Positions 18,301-28,297 of a DNA stretch of 34,215 nucleotides are shown in pieces. The position numbers and the translations under genes were made by a program. The stretch spans positions 52,128 to 86,342 of the forward strand of contig NW_008246164.1 of assembly GCF_000281045.1 (NCBI RefSeq), read 5' to 3'. This DNA is from Saprolegnia diclina VS20 (taxonomy: Eukaryota). The number at the start of each line of letters is the position of its first letter. Position 1 is the first letter of the stretch. Under the pieces are notes generated by a model, which saw only the letters and a list, made by a program, of their open reading frames with translations, did no database searches and had not been told where the DNA came from.

Positions 18301-21300
18301 CTTGCGTACGTGGGTCGCAAGGCCCGACTGGTGGTCGTGCTTTGGCGGCGTCTCGGCGAACGGCTGCAGCGACAAGCTCGCCTTCTCTGGCGCACACAGC
18401 AGCAGTGGCACTTGGTCAAAGTGGTCGCCAAAGTACGCCATGTGGCCGTCTGTCGAGCAAAAGCTGCCGTGGTGCACCTTGAGCTTGAGCTCGAGCCCCG
18501 AGTGGTTCTGGACCCAGTACGGCGCAAAAAGATCGACTGTCCGGACACTGTCCCACGAGTGCGCGACACGCACCGTCGGCGCGTCCTCGCCGGGCGCCAC
18601 GCAAATGTCGGCCGACGAAGCGTACGCCTTCTTTGGCAGCTGCACGCGCACCGGGAATGGCGCCGACCAGTGACGGGACGCCGGCGCGTCGCCAGGCACC
18701 GCCAAGCGCACCCGCATGTACGCCGACTCGTCGAGGTTGAGCCCCGAGATCTGCATCGATCGGCCGCTCTCGATACGTCCGCAGCGAGCGTTGACGTCGT
18801 TCACACAAGCAAACCAGGGTACAAGGACTGCCGACTCCGGGTCTTTGAACTTCTTGGGCTTCTTCGTCGACGACTTTGGCGCCGTCATCGAGCGCGACGA
18901 CTGCATCGACGCTAGCGACCCAATCGACGCGTTCGAGGCGAGCGAGAGCCGGCGCCCCGACGGCGGCAGCGTCAGACGCAGCGACGGCGGCAGCTCGAGG
19001 CCGGGCACGTCTGCGGCTTGTACGATCTGGTACTCGACGTCGCACGGCAGAGTGTTTTGCACCACGAGCTGCGGCAAGAGGTGGATGGCCCACGTGCCCT
19101 TGCTGCACTCGATCGTCGTGGGCTGTCCGTCAATGTCCAAGTAGTTGGACACGGGGGACGCAGAGGACCGACCGGGCGTCACCGACAGCGGCAGCGCATT
19201 GCTCCACTCGACTTCACCGACCTGGCGGATCGCAAACGACCCGTGCTCGAGCAGCGGCAGCGGAATGCGGAGGAGCGACTGCCCTTGGACCTCATAAAAG
19301 CGCTCGTCGTTGGCTTGCGCGGGATTGTGCCACGACACGTCGCCGTCATCGTTGAACAAGACAATCTGCGTGAGCTTGGACGTCGCGTTGCGAATGCACT
19401 CGGCCGTCGACACGCTCACCGTCATGCCGTACGTCGAGTCAACGCTAATGTGCACGGCGAGCAGCCGCGGCAGGTACGACGCGCCATACGTCGAGAGATA
19501 CGAGGCTGTCCACTTGAACGTCGGGGGCAGCTGCTTGAGCAAATAGATCGCACGCGTAATGTCGTCCTGCGACGGGTCGTCTTGGTTGAGGTACGTGACC
19601 GCAGCCTCGTACTTGGCCTCGTCGTCGTCGAAGGGCGCGTCCAGAATCATTGGCACGAGGTCCAGGATCAAGTCTTGGCCGAGCACGTCCAGCGGAATCC
19701 CATAGATCGGCTCGTATCCGGGCACCTCAAGCCGCAGTGTGCGCTGCGTCATGACGCGCGTCTTGGCCAAAGCGACCTGAAACTCCTTCCAGCTCACTTG
19801 CCCCGAGTTGTCGGTATCGGCGAGCGCCATGAACGCTGCGACTTGGTCTTCGAGGTCGGCGTCCGAGAGCGACGCGTACGACTTGAGGACGCTTTGGAGC
19901 ACACTTCGGACTTCCTGCGCTTCGAGCTCGCCGCTCTGGTCGGCGTCGGCGTCCCGGAAGGCTTTGCGCATCTCCTTCTCCTTCATGTTGTCCTGGAGCT
20001 CGCCCTTCATCGCGGTCTCCTCTTCCTTAAGCTTGCACACACGGTACTCGTCATGGTGCAGCTCCATCGGGTCCGACAGCTCCTGACGCGACTCGCCCGA
20101 GAGATCAATCACGTACGTCAGCGACGACCCCAGCTGGTTATGCATCCAGCAGAGACCGCCAAGCACCTTGACGTGCTCGCGCTCTTTCGACCCGACCACG
20201 TCCGACTCGTAGAACGCCGCTGTCGTCGCGTTGACCGCGTCCATAAACGCCGACGTCAAGTTGATGTGGAGGTACTGGTCCGAGACCACGTAGCACGCCA
20301 AGTCGCCGCCCACTTCCTTCTTGAGCACCGCGCGGAGCGGGTAGTACTCGATGAACGGCTCGAGCTGACGCGCTCTCGTGTTGTAGTACTTGCAGTAGAT
20401 CGACCCGCAGAGGCTGCCCGTGCCGACGTTGAGCGCGCGCTTGGCAGCATCGGCGTTACCTTCGTACATACGGCAGTCGCCGTGGATCTTGACCTCCTCA
20501 AATGCGAGCTCGAGCGCCGGGACGTGCGCCGGCAACAGACTGTCGACGACCCGAAAGTAAAAGCCGCCAAACGACGTTGCGACCGACGTCAACACAAACA
20601 CGGGCGTCTGCTCAAAGCTTGTCTTTGTCGTCGTTGCTTCGGCGGCTTCGAGCTGCGCGATGGACGTGGCGACCGAGCTCGCATGCTGGTTGAAGAGCCC
20701 TTCAAAGGCCGCCGCGCCCTCGCCCATGACATGCGACGGCAACAGCAGCCACGGACTCTGCTCCGACGGCTTGGCCAGACCTGGGTTGACGAGCCGCGTC
20801 CATGCTTCTTGGGCAAACTCGTACGACTTGAACGTCCGCACCATCTTGAGCTGGACAACGCGCGGCGACTGCCCGTTCAGCGAGCTTGTCGTCGCGCCGG
20901 TTTGCTCGACGTACTTGGTCCAAAACACCATCAAGCGCGCATTCTCGGCCAAATGCGTCGCTTTGCCGGTACTCGGGTTGATCGACGGCACGTGGCTGCG
21001 GTTGAGCTTCGGGTGGATGTACTCGGCGCCCGTCAACGGCAGCGACCCTTGGTGCAGCATGCTATAGTGGATCGTGTCGCGGTCCACAGCGGCTTGAAAT
21101 TCTTCAAACGAAATGTCGCCACTGCGGTCGGCGTCCACCATGTTGAGCAGCGCCGTCTCGCACGCCTTCATCTCATCCAACGTCAGGCCAAGGTCCTTGA
21201 CCAGCGCTTCGAGGAGCCCGAAAATCTCGTCGTGGTCCAACGTGCCGCCGCCGTCCTTGTCGAGCAGCATAAACTGGCGTTGGAGCCGGGCCATCTTGGC

Positions 21301-23886
21301 AGCTTCGAGACGCGCGGCCCGCTGGCTCTGAATACGCGCATCGCGGGCCGCCGTGGCCGCCACGTCGGCGTCGCTGGCGATCCGGGCCGCGCCGACACGC
21401 GCTTGGATCGCTGCAAAGAGCCCAATGTCGTCTTTTGATACGTTGAGAGCAAAGTCCGACACCTTCATCGCGAGCAAGCGCGTGGCGTCGACGCGCGGCC
21501 CAGTGGCCGACGGCAGCACGAGCGTCTTGCCCATGAGCGAGGGGTCGTCCGTGATCTTGGCGTCCTTGACGGCCGACTGGAGGAGGCCCCACTTGCCTTT
21601 GGCGCGCGTCGAGCTGCTGTGCGTCGGTGCCAGGCGGCGTGTCGACGGCTCACTGTGGGCAAACTGGAGCTCGTAGTTCAACTCCAAGTCGACGCCGTCG
21701 CCTTCGAGTTCGAGAAGCGTGCGGAGACCGGGGAGCGTCACGTCGAGGCCGTCGTCCGTCAGCACAATCTTGCACGGCTGGAGCGCGACGTCAATCATGG
21801 TCAGCTGGATCGACTCGGCGTACTTGGTGCTTTTCACGGCGACAGCGACATCGGACGTGAACGCGAGCTGGTGCGAGAGGTGCGTCGACGGGTCGCCGAG
21901 GAGACACACCTCGACGCCCTTGACATTGATGGCGGCCGTGAGCTCCGTGCGCCCGAACAGCGACGGGTCGACCGTCTTGGGCGCATCGACCTCGTACACC
22001 ACAAGCGCGGTTGGCGTCGCCACAATGTCGTCGGCGTCGCGCCACACGAGCGTCTCTTCGTCGTCTGCAAGCGCATCGGCAAAGGCGCTCTGCGCGTCAA
22101 AGAACGGGAGGAGGATCACGAGCACCGAGAAGCTCGCGAGCGTGAGCCCGACCGTGGCCGCCGTGCCGTCGACCGTGTACTGCAGCGAGAGCATGTTCTC
22201 ACAGTCGGGGTTGCGCCCCAGCAGGTGCGGGTATGCATTCGTGGGCGACTGCCGCGTGTCGTCGACGCCAAAGGACGCCAGCACAAGGTCCAGCTCGAGC
22301 TGGCGGCGGTCGACGGCGATCGGTTGCATCGACTGCCGCAGCGAGAGATGCAGCTGGTCCAAGCTCACGCGCAAAAGCGGCGACGACGGCGACGCCCACA
22401 CGCTCACCACCAGGCGTGGCCACGTCAGCGAGAGCTGCAGCGCGGCTAGCACCGACGGCACGGCAAGGGCCGGGTTGTAGTGCTCGAGCGGCGTCTCGAT
22501 AAACTTGGTCAAGTCCGTCGCCGCCTTGAGCTCGTCGGGGATCCGCGGCAACGCGTCGCCAAACGACGGAACCGACCACCCGAGCGCCAGCTGCCGCAGC
22601 ACAAGGATGTCTGTGGCCAGCGTGTTGGCTTCCGTCTCGGCGAGCCGGCGGGCCCGCGCGGTCGCCGCTGCCGCGTCACGCGATCGATGCTGTAGGCGGA
22701 CGTACCACGGCCGGGTCTCGGGCGTATGCTTGGCGCGGTAGTCGGCAATGTACGCGTCGCGCATGGCCTCGGTCATCACATTGCACGCCGCTTCATCGTG
22801 CGCCGCCGCTTGGGCGAGCCAGATGCCGTACTCGGTGCGCGGCCGGAGCACATCGAGCAGCGTCTGGATCTGGTCGGGCACCACATCGAGGCGCATCGGC
22901 GAGAGGTCGACGGCAACGAGCACGTCCTTGGGGGCGTGGTGGAGTCCCTGGAGCATCGGAGGCATCTGGAGGCGCAATACGAGCGCCAACGGCGCCAGCA
23001 TCGGATGCTCGATCGCGGCGGCCTCGTCGGTCGCGTCGGCGGCCGTGCGGAGGCTCAAGCCCGTGAGCTCCAACTGCCGCGCGTCCATGCTCGGACGATC
23101 GCCATCGTGCGTGGCCGAGAGCGTGAGACCCTCGAGCTGCAGCGTGAGAGTGGTGTTGTGCGCATATGCACACGGCGGTGGGCGCGCGACGAGACAGACG
23201 TTGGTCACGCCAAGCGCAACGCTGCCGAGGACCGCGTCGATGGCCGCCAACGGCCAGGACAGGCGCTGCAACGTCGTGTCGAGAGACTCGCCCCAGACAC
23301 CTGCGAGAAGCGTGTACTCGTTGGAGGCCGTCGATACCGGTTTTTGGAAGTGCGCGAGCTTGGCGAGGATCGTCGACGTCCACCATTCGAGGAGCGCGAG
23401 CCGGTTGCTCTTGGCGACTTCCACGTCGGCGTCAAAGCGGGCCTTGTTCTCGGGTTGCTTCCATCGCCACTTGCGCGCGCTGTCCATGAGCAGCTCGATG
23501 TGCAGGCCGTCGAGGAAGAGCCCGACGCGCAATGGCAGGCGCGAATCGCGCTGGCGCACGAGGCACACGAGCATCGAGAGCCACGGAAAGCAGAGCTCGA
23601 GGCGGCGGATGCGGGTCACGAGCGCGTCGGCCGGCAGGCCCAGCATCGGGCCGACCATCGGGCGCAGCGCCGATGCGAGCGCAACGTGCTCGATCGTGAG
23701 CGTCCCATGTAGCATCGACCACGAGATGCGAATGCGCTTGTCGACGTACAGGACGCCATAGCGCCGCGCCGCCCACGTGAGCACGACATCGCCGACTGTG
23801 ATGAGGAGCGCGAGGAGCGTCGTCGTCATGGCCGTCGCGTACCAGGCGACGCGCCACGCGTACTGCCAGGGTATCCAGGCGAGCAT
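15373..23886 (-). CDS. VPS13: VPS13-family bridge-like lipid-transfer protein with EF-hands and a C-terminal C2-like domain (~2,837 aa, no introns required)
   Basis: Uninterrupted 8.5-kb ORF with VPS13-type motifs: KYYNTRARQLEPFIEYYP, VAB/SHR-BD-type LFAPYWVQNHSGLEL, LVPRFVIKNDVGRPL, LRIENRS, LQLDDMTPHTMYPIFL, VVGSLELMGDPVGLF and the ATG2_C-like GVSGLVTKPMQGAKDDGFKGFAKGVGQGTLGLVASP. The first ATG is at 23886. Confidence 0.9.
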   Translation of the reverse strand: MLAWIPWQYAWRVAWYATAMTTTLLALLITVGDVVLTWAARRYGVLYVDKRIRISWSMLHGTLTIEHVALASALRPMVGPMLGLPADALVTRIRRLELCFPWLSMLVCLVRQRDSRLPLRVGLFLDGLHIELLMDSARKWRWKQPENKARFDADVEVAKSNRLALLEWWTSTILAKLAHFQKPVSTASNEYTLLAGVWGESLDTTLQRLSWPLAAIDAVLGSVALGVTNVCLVARPPPCAYAHNTTLTLQLEGLTLSATHDGDRPSMDARQLELTGLSLRTAADATDEAAAIEHPMLAPLALVLRLQMPPMLQGLHHAPKDVLVAVDLSPMRLDVVPDQIQTLLDVLRPRTEYGIWLAQAAAHDEAACNVMTEAMRDAYIADYRAKHTPETRPWYVRLQHRSRDAAAATARARRLAETEANTLATDILVLRQLALGWSVPSFGDALPRIPDELKAATDLTKFIETPLEHYNPALAVPSVLAALQLSLTWPRLVVSVWASPSSPLLRVSLDQLHLSLRQSMQPIAVDRRQLELDLVLASFGVDDTRQSPTNAYPHLLGRNPDCENMLSLQYTVDGTAATVGLTLASFSVLVILLPFFDAQSAFADALADDEETLVWRDADDIVATPTALVVYEVDAPKTVDPSLFGRTELTAAINVKGVEVCLLGDPSTHLSHQLAFTSDVAVAVKSTKYAESIQLTMIDVALQPCKIVLTDDGLDVTLPGLRTLLELEGDGVDLELNYELQFAHSEPSTRRLAPTHSSSTRAKGKWGLLQSAVKDAKITDDPSLMGKTLVLPSATGPRVDATRLLAMKVSDFALNVSKDDIGLFAAIQARVGAARIASDADVAATAARDARIQSQRAARLEAAKMARLQRQFMLLDKDGGGTLDHDEIFGLLEALVKDLGLTLDEMKACETALLNMVDADRSGDISFEEFQAAVDRDTIHYSMLHQGSLPLTGAEYIHPKLNRSHVPSINPSTGKATHLAENARLMVFWTKYVEQTGATTSSLNGQSPRVVQLKMVRTFKSYEFAQEAWTRLVNPGLAKPSEQSPWLLLPSHVMGEGAAAFEGLFNQHASSVATSIAQLEAAEATTTKTSFEQTPVFVLTSVATSFGGFYFRVVDSLLPAHVPALELAFEEVKIHGDCRMYEGNADAAKRALNVGTGSLCGSIYCKYYNTRARQLEPFIEYYPLRAVLKKEVGGDLACYVVSDQYLHINLTSAFMDAVNATTAAFYESDVVGSKEREHVKVLGGLCWMHNQLGSSLTYVIDLSGESRQELSDPMELHHDEYRVCKLKEEETAMKGELQDNMKEKEMRKAFRDADADQSGELEAQEVRSVLQSVLKSYASLSDADLEDQVAAFMALADTDNSGQVSWKEFQVALAKTRVMTQRTLRLEVPGYEPIYGIPLDVLGQDLILDLVPMILDAPFDDDEAKYEAAVTYLNQDDPSQDDITRAIYLLKQLPPTFKWTASYLSTYGASYLPRLLAVHISVDSTYGMTVSVSTAECIRNATSKLTQIVLFNDDGDVSWHNPAQANDERFYEVQGQSLLRIPLPLLEHGSFAIRQVGEVEWSNALPLSVTPGRSSASPVSNYLDIDGQPTTIECSKGTWAIHLLPQLVVQNTLPCDVEYQIVQAADVPGLELPPSLRLTLPPSGRRLSLASNASIGSLASMQSSRSMTAPKSSTKKPKKFKDPESAVLVPWFACVNDVNARCGRIESGRSMQISGLNLDESAYMRVRLAVPGDAPASRHWSAPFPVRVQLPKKAYASSADICVAPGEDAPTVRVAHSWDSVRTVDLFAPYWVQNHSGLELKLKVHHGSFCSTDGHMAYFGDHFDQVPLLLCAPEKASLSLQPFAETPPKHDHQSGLATHVRKYLPDFKRVPFSESIDLAAVGTRAQVSCGLTACVLGYEILAAPGQFQHTKILRLVPRFVIKNDVGRPLQLTPLTLHKGAPSQLPVETAKINVGLKPESALIVYKFVGKDSHVPGVRLRDALLAPPTLTEPGPWGPSLPLAEKSVASMWLRGPLSDAPIVELDVQPDGLSTFVTLRDRTRTPELRIENRSTQYAIRYAQLGVKHAEEIVLPPRSWHSYAWDMPIGKDVRLKVFVGSSRVPVLVEMQSVHRLERLTPDDGHIYLHGEVYIDGTTRVLAVGDGPVYHHDRRTLVPDAMFAMALEVGLHGLGVTIVDQTPREIMNITMEGLRMLSPAHSHSTTYELHHLQLDDMTPHTMYPIFLAPIDSGFNSHKREGWRAEHGEHPWLHLVIDSYYDGDMLIVDELSACIGSLALKINLDYALHVLDIFYSLFWPPQTYDEVVAAGIAAAAELLAHRVAWPDPSTLGQNMYVRACTVSSYVLQLVFNSDPDAADSYLLSLLGNTAGSILGGIAHVTPEFAIHPLIMADKFVYKDDLMYNIILWDCLVGNMLGQWYKVVGSLELMGDPVGLFNEITDGIALAARQTKRDFKGESDKKGQGAVILMQTLVGAPSDAIGKAANGFGDILKKATYSKNQEADHEPRHVPEGLLQGGVLLGKSLANGVSGLVTKPMQGAKDDGFKGFAKGVGQGTLGLVASPFIGTLGVIEKLSQSVHNTTHLMDDKDFDGTRRIARKLESAPLKSLSESNIISEMEVRIDRVTGLAMNYSVQVYVQLVELDGDGVPSRLVDKFKTDTLRNTAAPRFDQSRVVDVTSVDMALLFVVAHKRKPIPKKILGTLTLSIEDVYKHFHAMPSRFKSSALVKEKLKSRKVHGGSLFTAVVVGNDDADAKSSKKKKKKKVPTSTSTTAPVSSEPAWEATFNRASTLGSEMLLADAKDDRGSTESETKSAAPITEPLAFDLVADEGKPKIWLDIKYLNSMRT

Positions 23887-25406
23887 GCTGCGACCTCGGA
23901 TCAAATTCGATTTTGGTCCGCCAGCTTCTACCGTGTACTAGTAATATATATATTCAACGTCATAAAATACTCAAAAAAGTATCCACCATACAAATCGCAA
24001 GCTAAAATACATATTAAAAAAACGTGGGACCGGCCGGTGGTAGCACCCGGCAGGTCTCAGGGCTGTCCCAACTGGCGCATGTCGGCGCCGATGCAGTCGC
24101 CGTCGCCAAGGAAGCTGTCGGTATCGACATCGACAACGTCTGCGCGCTTGGCTAAAGACGAGATCGCGCCTGGGACGATACTACGAGCGAGAGATTTGCA
24201 TGTCGCGGTGAGTAGCGCTACTGCCGCTGGCCTACTCTACCCATCAGCTTCCGTCAACACGCTGGAATGACGGGACTTGATGGCAGTGTCTTTGGCACGG
24301 AAGCAGGCTCGAGGACTTGCGCCATATTGACGACTATTGGGCTTTGTCCATGGAAGAGTCTGGGATAACGAGCGAGGTGGGCATCGCAGAGGCATTAACT
24401 CGATGGATCTAACGTTGATTCGGGTTTATCAACTCAGTACTACTGGCTGAAAGCGCTCTGCAGGAAGATTTGGGTTGCGTAGTTCTACGCCATTGTGCTT
24501 CCTCTCGAAGGAGCGCAAGCGCTTCGAGACCTCTCCCTTCAGTCCCCAGGACCTACTAGGTACGAACAAGACCTTGACCAAGCAAGACGGGCGGTGATGA
24601 CGCACGCCGCGAGCAATGACGACGGTCTTCTGTCGACTGCAATGACGACGAGAATTCGAGGCGTCAACAGCTAGTTTGGCATCGAAGAATATATAAACAG
24701 CTATATAAACTTGCTGAATCGCCAACGTTGGCGCCAAAATTTACAAATGCAATTATGTTTTGTTGGAAAAAGCAAGAACTGGAGGATGATATGCGAGGAG
24801 ACTTTGGGCCATCACCAAGGCAAGAAGAGACTGTCGTTGTGGGACCTACTGTACGTCGATGTACAATAATGTATTTTAACATTGCAGTGTAGTACTAGCA
24901 AGGAAATTGTTTATATATTACCTGGAGTAATACGGGCCATCGGACGCTCGGCGTCGGTAGCGCGTGAGTGCACACAATTACATTGGCAGGTGTAGGTACA
25001 CAAGCGTTGACACGCGCCGTGGCGTGGCACCGTCTGGTTTCCCACATGTGAGAAATGCCACATTTCTGGGGCGCTTCTGGGAAAGCTGTCGTGCGTCCCA
25101 GATGATATGTGTTTCTACAGGTTATGGCGTCGAGTGCAATATCATATTATGAAGGTAGACCAGTATATTGCCGATTCGTGGTGTCGCCACGACGTGGCCC
25201 TTGCCGATGCGCCGACTTGGGCGCTCGCGCTGCTCGGTCCGTGCGTGCAAGCATATGAGATGCGTCGTCCTGGCGATGGAAGCGTCGCTGCATGGAGAGC
25301 TGCGTTGATCGAGAAGTGACCGGTTCATTGCTGGAACCGGCGGCCACATACAAACCCCAAGTACCAAAATCTGCCGACCGATCCAGCAAGCAACTGGTGA
25401 TATCGA

Positions 25407-25420
25407 CCATTTCCCAATTT
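25407..25420 (+). promoter_or_regulatory. Oomycete INR+FPR core promoter element
   Basis: CCATTTCCCAATTT matches the oomycete YCATTYYNCAWTTT initiator/flanking consensus and ends 12 bp before ATG 25433. Confidence 0.55.
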
Positions 25421-25432
25421 GAGTGGCCCAAG

Positions 25433-28030
25433 ATGCCATACGCGGGCGAGAAGCGGGACGGCGAGACGCATGAGATGAAGCGGCTCCGGCACGAAGAGAA
25501 CCAGGTCGCATCGCGCGTCGTCTTTGCCCGCGGCCTTCCGGACGACTGCCTCGAGAGCGAGCTCATGGCGCTCTGCATGCCCTTCTCGTCGGTCGAGAAG
25601 GTGCTCATGATCCCGGACAAGAACCAAGCGTTCGTCGAGCTACCCGACACGACGGCCGCCACAAACCTCATTGCGTTCTACCAAGCGCACGACGCCATGG
25701 TCCGCGGCAAGAAGGTCTTCTTCGCCTTTAGCAGTCGCGGCGAAATCTGCCCGCAAAAAGGAGCTGCCAAGGGCTTCAAGGAGTCGCCGCGCCGACGATC
25801 ACCGCCGCGGTCCACCCGCCGGTCGCCGCCACGCACTGCCGACCCGCGCGGCTACCAGCCGACGCCCACGACCTACGAGACGACGCCGACCAACTTGTAC
25901 CTCCCGCCCGGTCAGCGCAACAAGATCTTGATGGTCACGATCTCCAACCTCGAGTACGAGGTCAAGGTCGACACGCTGCACCAGGTCCTCGCCCTTCCTT
26001 TGGCTCGAGGTGGTGCTCACATGGATACGTAGGTCTTTTCCGGCTACGGCAGTGTGGTCAAGATCGTGCTCTTCTTCAAGGGCCCCGAGCTCAAGGCGCT
26101 CATCGAGATGGAAACCATCGAGCAGGCGGAGGCCGCGCAGCATGCGCTCAACGGCCGCGACATCTACACGGGCTGCAACACGCTGCACATTGGCATCTCC
26201 AACCACGCCACGTTGACCGTGCGCTTCAACAACGACACGTGCCGGGACTACACCAACCCGACCCTGCCGGCCGGACCGGCCAACCAAGCACCCGAGCCAT
26301 GGATGCTGGACGAACCGGTGGCGCCGGCGCGCACCGAGTTTGTCCCGCCGACGTCGCTCCCGCCACCTACCGCGCGCGGCCGGGACCGCAGGAGTCGTAG
26401 CCGCAGCCGGGATCGCCGCCCGCCCGTGCCGGAGCCCAGGCGTCCGCGGGATCGCCGGGACCTGAGTCCTCGGGCGCCGTCGCCCCGTCGCTTCGAGAGT
26501 CGTGCTCCATCGCCGCGTCGGCTCGACAGTCGGCCGGCTCGGGACTTTGACGCGCGGCCGCGCGAGTACGAGACGCGCGCACCCCGCGACTATGATGCGC
26601 GCGCGCCGCCTCGCGAATACGACCTGCGGGGTCCCCCTCCGCGTGATGGTGACCTCCGCGGCGCTGGCTACGACCCCCGAGAACTGCCTCGGGACTACGA
26701 GTCGAGGGCGCGCGACGTCGCTGCTCGGCCGCGCGAGTTTGAACCGCGTCGCGAGTTTGACACGCGGCCGCGCGAGTACGAGACGCGTCGCGAGTTTGAG
26801 CCGCGCCGAGAGTACGAGCCTCGGCCGCGCGAGTATGACGCTCGGGGCCTGCCCTTGCGGGACCTCGACGTCCGAGGGCCCAGTCGTGACGCGTATGACG
26901 TCCGCGGTCGCGACCTTGACCCGCGTGGGCCGCCGCCACGCGACTACGACGCCCGCCACCGGGACATGGATCCCAGGGGCCGGGACATGGATCCCCGGGG
27001 CCGGGACATGGATCCCCGAGGCCGGGACATGGATCCCCGAGGCCGGGATATGGATCTGCGAGGCCGCGACGCCGACTTTCGAAGCCGGGACATGGATGCT
27101 CGCGGTCGCGACGCGGATCTGCGGGGCCGGGACGTGGATCCTCGTGGTCGCGACGTGGATTTTCGGGGTCGGGCCTTGGATCGCGGGCCACCGGCGCGCA
27201 GTCTCGAGCGTGGGTCACGGTCGAATTCGAGCTTTGATCCGCGCTCGGTGGTGCGGGAGGTGGACGAGCGCCAGCCGCCGCGGCTCAGCGGCAGTCGAGG
27301 TCCACCGCCGCGCCCGCCGCCGTCCAAAGGCCGGGACTTTCCGCCACGCGACGGGCGGTTCGAAGTGCCGTCGTCGTGCGTGCTCATCTGCAGCAACATT
27401 GACGACCACTACATGGTACGCATGTCGCATTCGACTCTCGAGCACTTGGCGCTCACTGCTATGTAGAAAATGCCAGCGCTGTTTACGATCTTTGGGTGCT
27501 TTGGCGACGTGATGCGGCTCAAGATCATGTACCGCAAGCAAGGCACGATCTTGGTGCAGTTTGTCGACGAGGTCCACGCACAGTCGGCGCGCGAGCACCT
27601 CGACGGACTCCATGTGTGCTGTAAGAAGTGGCGCGTCGACTACTCCAAGCACGCGTCCGTGGTCATGCCGCGCGCCGACGCCGAGCCGTTTGAGCTCCAA
27701 AACACAATCGATTTCTCCAAAGCGCTCTCGCACCGGTACCGCCGCCGGTCGCTCGCCGAAGTCGCGCCACCGTCGCCGATGCTGCACATTTCGGGCATCC
27801 CCGATTCGATGCAGCCAGCGACGTTGGCCGGGCCGCACCCGATCGCAGACCTCTGTAGCCAACATGGCATCCTGCGCCAGTTTCACCCGATTCTGAAGCA
27901 ACCCAAGATGGCGCTTTTGGAGATGGAGACGCTGGAAGATGCGCTCGATACGATGGTCGCCCTGGACAACGTCCTGTTTGCCGACGGCCGCATCCGCGTG
28001 TCCTTTTCCAAGTCGTCGCCGCGCCCGTAG
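25433..28030 (+). CDS. PTB/hnRNP L-like RNA-binding protein with four RRMs and a long Arg/Asp/Glu repeat linker
   Basis: Introns 25985-26032 and 27416-27466. RRM1 SRVVFARGLP...KNQAFVEL; RRM2 KILMVTISNLEYEVKVDTLHQVFSGYGSVVKIV...ALNGRDIYTGCNTLHI...NNDTCRDYTNPTLP (PTB RRM2 signature); RRM3 LFTIFGCFGDVMRLKIM...VDYSKH; RRM4 PPSPMLHISGIP...ALLEMET...IRVSFSKS. Confidence 0.9.
26960..27169 (+). repeat. 21-bp coding tandem repeat x10 (RDMDPRG heptads)
   Basis: The consensus cgggacatggatccccgaggc is near-identical in the first four units and diverges 3'-ward (RDADFRS, RDVDPRG, RDVDFRG). Confidence 0.92.
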
Positions 28031-28297
28031 ATGCCCTTCCTCCTGCCTGCCTACGTCTCTTTCCTGCGCCTGACGACGACCTACTCGTCGACCGCCCCTG
28101 TCGCTTGTTGCTCTTGTTGTACTAGGCACATTATGAACCGAATATACCACCGCAAACCCCCTCGACCCCGTTTCTCCTTGACCTTGCTCTCGGCTAGCAT
28201 TTGGATGCCTGTTGCACGACGTCGACCTAGCGTTGATACTCTGTTGTATAACTCTTCCGAGTGGTCTACTTCAAGATCTATATATATAACTAAGTTC

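Noticed and set aside
15844..23761. Long + strand ORFs (681, 806, 337 aa and others) opposite VPS13
   Set aside because: These are antisense shadows caused by GC3-rich codon usage. The translations have no coherent protein features.
23950..25400. Short ORFs between VPS13 and the RRM gene (24037-24270, 25107-25319 etc.)
   Set aside because: No consistent splice model or recognisable domain. They may be gene relics but cannot be supported.
26960..27169. Regular 21-bp repeats as a CRISPR array
   Set aside because: The units are contiguous with no unique spacers, lie in frame within a eukaryotic coding exon, and have no cas genes nearby.
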